NCBI GenBank assembly: GCA_000934665.2
Contig: JYFJ02000011.1
Location: 62,001-126,000, forward strand
Length of the DNA stretch: 64,000 bases
DNA from: Catajapyx aquilonaris
Taxonomy: Eukaryota
Direction of reading: 5' to 3'
Shown: positions 41,201 to 49,659 of the stretch, piece by piece
Layout of the letters: every line of letters begins with the position of its first letter
How positions within the stretch are numbered: position 1 is the first letter of the stretch
The notes under the pieces: model-generated
What the model was told of the DNA's origin: nothing
Database searches by the model: none
The model's input: the letters and a program-made list of their open reading frames with translations, nothing else
Position numbers and translations under genes: made by a program

Positions 41201-44200
41201 CTTAAAAATTAATTGGGCAATTTATTAAACATATTTTATAGATTCTATTTATAATAAACTACCATTTAATGCTCTGCACAGCAACAACCTGGAGGACCGG
41301 ATGTATCCAAAATTAATCAAAACTGCACATTTGTATGTGTCAGCAAAACCAAAAGAAACTAAGGGATAGCATCTCATTTATTCTTCTAAGCAAATTAATG
41401 ACCCTGTTGGCTAACAATCGGACATTAAATGGTGCTTAAATCAGGGATGGAAAAAGAACCGCTTCCTTCCAAGAAGCGGTTCTTTTTCCATCCCTGGCTT
41501 AAATATAATAAGTTACTTCCCGCCACCTATGTTCTTTCTGCTATTAATGAAGGTTATTGCTGGCCTGTAAATGTGTTACATTTCCTAACTATATATTTTT
41601 AAATACAGTAACACCCAGTACTGCAACCAGCTGAACGATAACAATTATTATTGGCTAGCAAACGCTTTGAAAACTTGAGCTCATTCTGTGGGTATCTCTC
41701 TTAGAAAATTATGCCAGTATGAAATTCCTCATCAGGAGTGAAATATTATTCTACATGAATGAAGAAGGGTTTCCTCATCTTTATCTCAGTCATCTCACCA
41801 AAGTGTGTGATGGGGTGACAAGGGAAGGACACTGTTGTTCTGTCTGAAGTACTGTATATGCCCATCAGAAGAAGTTAAGATATCCTGATATTGTGGATAC
41901 GAGACTGTATAAGATGTATCAACTGCAGAGGGGACAGAAATAAATAAATCAAAGGTTGTACTCACCAACGAGTCCTCCATTTCGGTAGGCCAAGGTCATG
42001 CTTGGGGTCTTCCTTACTTTCCCACTGATTGTTTGCCTCCACCTCTTGAATTCCTCCTCGCTTTTCTTCCTCTTGGCCACCTTACTTGCCTCTTTCTCTT
42101 CCTTGTCTCTCTGCTCCTTCTCCTCTTTGGCTAGTGAAAGATACATGAACACAGTGAAACTGACACTTCAGTGACATCGCTCTAGGCAACTAGTTGCATT
42201 TTCAGTACGTATTGTCATTCATGCTCATTCAATTTATTGTGTATCACAGAATTTCTTCCTTACTGTCACCCTCATCTCAGAGGTCCTGATACAAGGACTT
42301 TACATAGAGTTCTGATTTATGTTTCATGTTGACTAGTGCATGCTTGGCAAAGAACTGAGAAGTTCGTTTTTAGCATCAATGTACAGGACTCATTGACATA
42401 TTTTCAGCTGCACTGAAAACGTATCATTTTCTGCACTCCTTAGGGTTTTCCGCTTCTTTACTAAATCAATCTGGCAACAGTACAAGCAATTTTAATATAT
42501 TTTGTAATACTTCAAAGCCTACAGCTTTGTATGGGAGTTTGCATTTTTTTACTCAGCCGTTCCTATATGTATGCACTACCAGTATAATGAAACTATGGTG
42601 AAATTATTGCAGTGTGTGGAAACTGGAGATTTGAAGACCAATGCATGTCTACTTTTGCATTGAAATTCCCATGGCCATTTTTGTGCCTGTTAATGGATCA
42701 AAAATGATGCCATGTTACATCTCATGTTTTTTCAACGCTTCGCGCTGTCAACTGAAGTTTAGGTGCAGACTACAGGTGTTTGCTACTACCGAAATATTCA
42801 AATATGCACCTAGAACAATGATACATTCCTGCACTGAGTTACACCAGAGAGATACAAAATTCATACCTTTCTTTTCTGCTAGTTTCTTTTGGCTCCAAAG
42901 CTGGTAGTTGTTCCTCAGCTTTTCATTAAGTAATTCCTTGTTCTCCAGCTTCTTCCACGCCTCATCATCTGCTTTCTTCTTGTCAGCCACTTTCTTCTCC
43001 TTGTCCTCCTTCTTCTTCAGCTCCATCCAGGCCTGGATCTGCTTGGATGACCTCTGCTGCATCTCCATCTTCTTTAACATCTCCCTGGCCTTCTCCACAG
43101 CCAACCTTTCCTCCTCCTTTCCCCTCCGCTCCATCTCTGCCCTCAAGGCTGCTTCCTTTGCTATGAACCACTGCCCCCATGGCGTTACAGCCTTACCCTC
43201 TGATTGCGGAACTTTACGTCCCACAGGTGCGCTCTCAACACCCTTTACCCGAGCCAGCAGTGATGCAATGGTGGGAGAGCTAGCAGAGCATATGCTGTCC
43301 CTTGTGGCACTGCTTACAGAGGAGAACCCAGCAGCTGATGGCCCTTCCCCATCCATGCTCAGTGACGGGAGGTCCATATTGAGTGTGTCCGAGCTCTGTG
43401 AGTCGTCATCGTCATCATTGTAAAAATCTGATGCATACAGCACCTGCAAAATAAATGCAGTGAAATTAGCCTAATGTCTCTGCAAACCACTATGACCACT
43501 CTGCCACAGTTCCGCCCTCTGCAGATTCATTATCCATTGTTTGTGTTATCTGCAGTTTGAAAGTATTCAAATAACGACATTAAGTTTAGAAAATCCAACA
43601 CTCATTTCTATTACAATACAGTGGGGAAGGCGAAGTGGCGCTGCGGTAACGTATGCACCCAGGGATGGAAGGGTCCTGGGTTTGATACCAAGCTCGGGCA
43701 TTCCCCCCTTTCATCTCGTGCGGGTTCGGGGTCATCTCCGGCTTCATCTAGGGTGGGATTTCCGATAAACGAACCACCTGGGGAGCTCACAAAATGACCT
43801 TAGTGCCAACATTGCACTGCACATTGCACATCCCCTCCCAGTCACCCTGCCCTCGGACCAGTGCTCTTCGTTGTCCTAATTAATGTACATCTTGGCAAAT
43901 AAAGGTCCATGCAGGGTCCGTGTCAAAACCTCAGCTGAGGTACAGCACTACACCCAATTATTATTATTATTATTATTATTATTATTGTTGTTGTTGTTGT
44001 TGTTGTTGTTATTGTTATTATTATTATTATTATTATTATTGTTGTTGTTGTTGTTGTTGTTGTTGTTATTGTTATTATTATTATTGTTATTATTATTATT
44101 ACAGTGCTGTACTGTTATAATTATCTTATTCAGCATTATTTATTTTTGTTGATGTCTTAATTGTATAATTAGTCATTTAAACTTATCATGGGTGTCTATA

Positions 44201-45160
44201 TTTAAAACTGTATATTACCTCATGTTTGATATTCACTTATCTACGCTTAGAACTGATTACCAGTGGAAAACGGAGACTCACTGTATCTTCCACTTTAAGT
44301 GCAATTATACCTGAAAAACACACTTTTTGACTATCATAGAGCAATAAGGACATGATAGGGTTTAGGGCCACTCGCTGCATTGGCAGCCTAGAGAGAGGCC
44401 GCGGCCGCCACCACTCATTTCAGAATCATTCAGGCAATGATTCTATGGCGGTATCAAATTGTACTTGCAACAGTTCCACAAGCAAAGAATTAACATGTTT
44501 CATAGTTGTTACAGACATGAACTTGTGGCTGCAAAAATTAGGCTTTTTAGCATGCAATATATTACTCCCCATCCTGCACGTTACATGTACCGGTATGTCA
44601 TGCAAGAAGAAAGCGGAATAAAAAGAAGACTGAGGAGCAGTGGGGTTATTATTGTGAAACACAAACCTCTGCCTCAGCATTTTTGTTGTACTTTGGAGTG
44701 GACGTCTTGGGCTTCCGGCCTGGAGCTGATCCAGCCTTGGCTGGGCTGCGAGGTGGCTTGTGCTGTTGGGGCATTCCAGTCAAGGCGGACCTCACTTGCT
44801 GAAGTAGCGCAGGGGAGGGACCCCCTGGGCTGGACTGGCAGTTGCGGATCAGCAAGTTGAAATCGTCCACACTAATCTTCCCCCGTTGCTGCTTGTGTTG
44901 CTGCGGTACATGTACTGTGCCTAACCCAGGTATGTTGATCTCCTTGTAGGAGGAGCTGTCGGTGGGCGAGTTCCAACCCTATAGTGAAAGGACGAGCAGA
45001 AAGTGATGTGAGCATCATCAAAATAAGGGAATGAACTATTTTGTGTGGAACGTTTTGCCACCAGTGCCATTCCCCACCTGGCACCCACCTGTTCGTGACC
45101 GGAAGGGACTGCAGCTGTTGAGGATCGCCTGGCTCGAGCGGTGGGCACGTGCTGGGCCAT
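11274..45160 (-). CDS. CCDC34: CCDC34-like coiled-coil protein with a ~30-kb intron
   Basis: Exons (minus strand): 45160-45089 and ~44978-44667 (both tentative, with an unresolved 5' connection), 43443-~42867 (TPWGQWFIAKE, K/E coiled coil, YQLWSQKK), 42130-41966 (FKRWRQ..TLAYRNGGLV-G), 11949-11689 (GIYDLTSVPAPSYVNPEPWK), 11389-11274. The joined sequence AYRNGGLVGIYD..PAPSYVNPEPWK resembles the conserved CCDC34 C-terminal motif as I recall it (GYxNGxLxGxY...PxPxFxNPxPWK). Confidence 0.78.
14367..40312 (+). CDS. Large ankyrin-repeat protein built from ~7 tandem modules plus a Dpy-30-like dimerisation/docking motif
   Basis: About 30 GT-AG exons, for example 14337-14534, 14594-14795, 16587-16687, 21104-21263, 25276-25436, 27098-27368, 30066-30226, 31698-31901, 33134-33269, 38156-38221, 38386-38517, 38960-39163, 40229-40312. 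Recurrent GxTPLHxA motifs. YLSSVLGDALIKGLTEVSHTRPSDPIAYLANFL spans 38156-38517. The start ATG is tentative. Confidence 0.85.
22977..24037. mobile_element. Outer MITE-like element with ~130-bp terminal inverted repeats, enclosing two further inverted-repeat elements
   Basis: ggtgtgttcaaatgaa...agctgagtgctagtggtatctctgagta (22977-23104) is mirrored at ~23908-24037. An inner inverted repeat spans ~23108-23473. Confidence 0.75.
23478..23902. mobile_element. Tc1/mariner-type MITE
   Basis: TA|CAGGGTGTATCTGAACTCAGTGCCCCGACG...CGTCGGGGCACTGAGTTCAGATACACCCTG|TA, with ~90-bp TIRs, a TA target-site duplication and no ORF. Confidence 0.85.
34622..35809 (+). CDS. Intronless arginine kinase-like phosphagen (ATP:guanidino) kinase, 395 aa
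   Basis: SLLKKHL, SGVDNPDS.IGVYAPD, FDPIIEEYH, STRIRFARN, LFKEEDRF, FLVWINEEDHLRIIS, CPSNLGT, VRGSHGEH and RRMGLTEYQAV. Codon usage is strongly C/G-ending. Confidence 0.93.
   Translation: MCTKPPDNATLQELEGYFIKLQTSEHSNTFFQKALKNIKRRWQSSENLLFRPNMGDMSLLKKHLSRDLFDRIKYRRTVYGGTLLDVIRSGVDNPDSIIGVYAPDASAYDIFSELFDPIIEEYHNISPADEHPEPNYGPVDSLGDLDPQGKYVLSTRIRFARNLIGFGMNSVMTKKDYVTVKANVVEILEQLDGELKGVYIPIEELDIDTREALVQHRLLFKEEDRFMKAGKGTRFWPKGRGVYMNEDRTFLVWINEEDHLRIISSETGGNVGRVYDRLLRGYSELEGDLNFRRDPRLGYITSCPSNLGTGIRASVLIRLPWLGQEAAWLLDYCNRFGLEVRGSHGEHSEPQDDVFNIANRRRMGLTEYQAVWEMYKGVARLIRMEEKRQREGEEK
41442..41496. mobile_element. 55-bp hAT-type micro-element
   Basis: CAGGGATGGAAAAAGAACCGCTTC...GAAGCGGTTCTTTTTCCATCCCTG, flanked by a perfect 8-bp direct repeat gcttaaat (41434-41441 and 41497-41504). 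Confidence 0.8.
43957..44101. repeat. Compound (TTA)n/(TTG)n microsatellite
   Basis: Directly visible; it accounts for the poly-L, poly-N and poly-Y/C ORFs. Confidence 0.97.
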
Positions 45161-45343
45161 CTTTCGGAATTTTGGTGGGCGGTGAGAGGGTGTCGCACAC
45201 GGCACTGATGGATTTGAAATGCACGGGAGTCCACCTCACCCCCCTTCGAATAATAAATAGGCCGGAATTGTTTCAAGAATTATTTACATTGTTGTCGGTT
45301 TGTTTGTTAGTTTCGGAATGCCGCTGCCATGGTACAAGCCATG

Positions 45344-45357
45344 GTAACCCTGGCAAC
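45344..45357. promoter_or_regulatory. RFX X-box candidate upstream of the CCDC34-like gene
   Basis: GTAACC-CT-GGCAAC fits the GTNRCC-N(0-3)-RGYAAC X-box consensus and lies ~185 bp upstream of the proposed ATG (45160). Confidence 0.6.
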
Positions 45358-45522
45358 ACTGACAACAAAACAATATAATAGACAGGGGTGCCAGGTGCGG
45401 TGCCATAGCAGTACAGTACCGTATGTGCATGTACGGTACTGTAAATAATGATGGATCCAATGGAACGGCTGTCCGACTCGAGGATCGAACTCAGGATCGG
45501 AGCATTATTTACCGTAAATTGT

Positions 45523-45743
45523 GGGGTGAGATTGTGCCAAGAGGGGTGAGATTGTGCCAAGAGGGGTGAGATTGTGCCAAGAGGGGTGAGATTGTGCCAG
45601 TGCGCTGTCAGCAAGTGAATTTAGGCATGTTTTACTACATTGAGGGACGGTTAAAGTTGGCAATGACGAGTAAAATTCGCAGTGTTNCCCCCCCCCCCCA
45701 ATACACTGGCACAATCTCACCCCACCTGGAACAATCTCACCCC
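45523..45743. repeat. 20-bp tandem repeat (GGGGTGAGATTGTGCCAAGA, ~4 copies) with two inverted copies; probable subterminal repeats of a DNA-transposon derivative
   Basis: Tandem units at 45523-45599 and reverse-complement units at 45704-45743. An N plus poly-C at 45687 lies between them. Confidence 0.7.
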
Positions 45744-46005
45744 AATTGAAGGTATAAGTTTGTTTTGGTTTCCAGGAAGAAAAAAAGATGGGTCATATCA
45801 GTTTATCGAGTTTATTATTCGTCTTTTTAGCAAAGTGGCATATTTTCATCGTTGTTGATTGAGTGTTGAGGACAATATTATGTAGGATACCTGGTTTATT
45901 TCCAATCGTCTTTTCTGGGTCTGATCAGAAAGTCTTCGTTTTTTCCCCCCCAAATAAGCTGAAGAATTTTCAGCAAATTTTATTTTTGCGATCTATCTGC
46001 GTTAT

Positions 46006-47243
46006 TTACAGGAAGGAAATGACTCCAGCGTCCTTCTTCATATCCTGCAATTACGTCAAGAGAAAATCATTGTTTGCTTCTGGTGACACTTTTTTTCATG
46101 TCTATATAGGTGCTGTGTATATTGAAGGGCTTACCTTATCTTCTTCTTCTTGTACTGTGCCTTTGTTGAATCCACGGCTCTCTCCACCATCCTCTTCACT
46201 CTCCGTTTCTCCTGAGTCTTCACTTCCGCTTTCTCCACTTTCCTCACCTTCCTTATTAACTTCGGTGTGTTCCTCTTCGTGCTTAGTCTCCTCATGTGTA
46301 GATTCATGCTTGGTCTCTTCGTGTGTAGATTCATGTTTACGATCCTCGTACTTGTGGTCATCATCATCTTCGTCCTCTTCGTGCTTGTGGCCATGCTTGT
46401 GATGGTCGTCATGCTTATGCTTGTGATCTTCTTCATGCTTGTGCTTGTGCTTATGGTCTTCCTCGTGTTTGTGTTCGTGCTTATGTTCGTGTTTATGCAC
46501 ATGTTTGTGTTCATGCTTATGTTCGTGCTTGTGCTCGTGCTTGTGTCCGTGCTTGTGCCCATGTTTGTGGTCGTGTTTGTGTCCATGCTTGTGCCCATGT
46601 TTATGATCATGCTTGTGTCCATGTTTGTGTCCATGTTTGTGCTTATGGTCTTCATCATGCTTGTGGTCATGATCGTGGTCGTCGTGATGTTTGTGGTGAC
46701 CAAGATGCTTGTGATCATGATCATCGTCGTCTACATGCTTGTGCTTACTGTGCTTAGGGCGATGAAGCCAAGGAAAGAAACGCTCCTTTTGTTGTGAATC
46801 ATCAGCAGGTGCAGAACTATCGTCGCTGTCACCTTCAACACCGAAACCGACTCCATCTTCAATATGAGTCGCTCTTCCGTTGACAAGCACGATGCAGGCA
46901 GCTATTGCCATGACCACCAGTAACTATACAAGACACAATATGCACCATGAGTACAAGGCATGAACATAATTATGAAGACGGTGGGTAGCTGCCCGAGCTT
47001 CCAGTTAAAAAGGATGAGTTAAAAAATAGCCTCCCCCCCCCCAGCAGCAACCAGTTTAAAACTAATTAACTCTGAAGCAACAATCAGGACCACGCTTATG
47101 TGCTGATTGCTGCTTGAGTGTACAATTCATCGACTATTCAGGCATCAGCCTCCTTTTGAACTCTGAACTTGAGTATTGAATCACTTTGCATGTACAGACA
47201 GAGCCTTATAAATTTTCTAATCACTCACCGTCTTGATGGCCAT
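46006..47243 (-). CDS. Secreted histidine-rich protein (~280 aa) with HKHG/HKHE/HKHD repeats and an acidic C-terminal tract
   Basis: Phase-0 exons 47243-47229 (MAIKT), 46923-46135 and 46044-46006 (DMKKDAGVISFL*). Hydrophobic signal LLVVMAIAACIVLVNG. On the minus strand there is a TATATAA box at ~47310 and AATAAA at ~45811. Confidence 0.85.
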
Positions 47244-49659
47244 GATTGCTGGATTGTTCCAGTCAGCACAACAACAATGTTATGTCTAGCAGGCGGTTTG
47301 GTGTGCTTTATATAGGTGAGTTAGTGGTCGAAAGGGAAAGGATTGTAATTTTATTGAGCTTCTGTTTCGCCTTTTTTTTGTCACAGGCTATTGCAGTGTG
47401 CTGAAGAGCTTGCGAAATGAGCAATATCCAGGTGTCAAATTAGCCAACTGAGACGTGGTCACTAAAATTATTGCCTCAATACTATTGATTCCTCTAGCAG
47501 TCTAGCTGGTGAGTGTTACTATTCTCAGCATGAGGAAAACAATGAAAAATGCAATAGAATAGAAGCCGACCTTCGTGTGAGTCAATATACACAAACAATA
47601 ACTGCCAAACTTAATGAACCTTAATGACCTTAAAGAAGACAACTTATAGAAGGTCAAGGTAAGAGATTATTATAATCTAAATGCCACCGAATTAATATAT
47701 TGTTGTGTCGCGTTAATTTGGATCGCATTAGGAATATTCCAACCAAGTTGGAAAGGTATTAGCATACAACATTGTGCCATCGCTCAGCAGCCTTGTTTAT
47801 GAAATAACTCTCCTACATATCACTGGAGAGAAATTGACATCGTATCGAGTTGTTCGCAGCAGATTTCAGAGATAACAAAACAAATAATTCACGCTTTCTT
47901 TTGCGAAATGTTTAGTTGCCTATTTAAAAAATCTAGCGAAAAATTTGCTTGATAAACTTTTGTAGGATTATGTTGGGTACAACGGAAGTAGTTATGTCCG
48001 TTTTAGATGAAAGGAGTCAGAGTGTATATTGCTCTTTTTTGCAAATAAGTAGGGTGGTGTAAGTGATGCAAGGAGACCTATTAACTAACAGGTGCCAAAT
48101 TCTCACATTTTTATTGCCGCCGGTCGTTCACAGCATTGTTTCGTAAAGCAAAGTACCCCAATTTTACGTCGTGACCTCGATATTTTCACCTTGTCAAAAA
48201 ATGTAGATACCAAAGGTAAGCACAGAAAACAACTATAATTGCCAATTTTTTGAGCGAGAGTGCAATTTTGCAACAAGGATTAGCTTCTAATTGTAAGCCA
48301 ATAATAATGACATTACCCGCATACTTAGAGTTTGTCTGTGTTACTTCCTTCTTACAAGTGTGTGTCGCGTTTGTCAAAGTGGAAAAAAAATGCCATTGAC
48401 AATTTCCTCCTTTTTTATACTTGTGTACAACAACCAAGGGCACTGATTCATTCGGTTAATCCGGCGCCACTTGAAAACTTTCTCCCAGAACCGCTTTGGA
48501 ACCGGTAATTAGGGATGAGTCAGAGCGTTCATGCTTTGAGCATTTCAGGATAATTATGAAATGTCGCCCTAGTATAAGGCTACTGTACCTATTATGTCAA
48601 AAAAAAAGGCTGAAATGTACCGGGCAGTAAATGGTTCAAAACTGTGTTTGAGAGCATTATTATTCCACTCACGTTTTTATTGCTCATGTGAGTGGTTAAT
48701 TACATATCACACATCATATTAGAATTTTAACCAAATTACTATGAAGCGTAATTATTTGCCACATTACGGCTTGCTTATTATTAAATCACATCGTCACTTC
48801 GTCAGTACTATAGTCAGAGTAATAACCCAAACCAAAATTGCATTATTTGTGGGGAAATAGAGACAAATCTTCTCTTATTGCTTACATCTTCGTTTACAAC
48901 CGGATATAACAGCCTATAACAGGCTATGACATACTTTCGGTTGTAACATACTCGAAAGCAGGTCCCGACATACGTCCATATAATTATATGGCTTGTGTAT
49001 TCGGCTGTATAATAACAGTAGGCCTTGGTTATAACAGACTGATTTCCGCTGTCCCTTGAAGTATGTTATATCCGGATGCAACTGTATTTTCATATAATCT
49101 TATTTGCCTGCGCTTCTTCATATTAACACTTTTTTAAATGTGATTAAATAAAGACAGCAGAGCAGGCTAAACCTTGGGAATCAAACAACCCGCCGAACAC
49201 CATTGAATCCACATCTATTTCAATTCTGGACTCAATATGGCCGTGAAAAACGCCGAACCCAACGCAACAGCATGGGTCAATTAGGTATTAAGCTGTATTA
49301 AAGTTTAAATTAAAGTTGGTACCTACAAGCTACTAAAATATAATTACAAATTTTAGAAGCAACTTAAGTATAAACACTTAACGTGCCACTAAATGACCCA
49401 CCGCGTGGTCAGCCACCAGTTTTTAATAAACTGACAGTTAAATGTGTTAAATCGGCTTTAAAAACCGTGCCCCAATTTTTAACATTTTACGGCCATGTGA
49501 TTATTGCCATAATGTTAATTAGGATCGGTTAATGTCGCTAATTTTACCATCAGCTTCCGGTTGTGTGGTCCCCGTGTAGCCAGCCGGCTTCCCCCCTCCC
49601 CTCCTCCTCCTCCCATCAGCCCAACACGTCACTCCAGCGGCGGCGGTCATCGGAGCAAG

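Noticed and set aside
41795..41923. Nearby alternative last exon for CCDC34 (VDTSYTVSYPQ...)
   Set aside because: It would need an intron of ~42 nt, shorter than others here, and it lacks the conserved PxP..NPxPWK motif. It is not excluded as a minor isoform.
43883..44152. Poly-Leu, poly-Asn and poly-Tyr/Cys ORFs, and the poly-Ile ORF at 5154-5432
   Set aside because: These are translations of microsatellites.
45523..45599. CRISPR-like reading of the 20-bp repeats
   Set aside because: There are no spacers and the context is eukaryotic; it is a simple tandem repeat.
46131..46797. Thr/Ser/Met-rich and Val/Met/Phe-rich ORFs
   Set aside because: They are alternate-frame and antisense shadows of the His-rich repeat.
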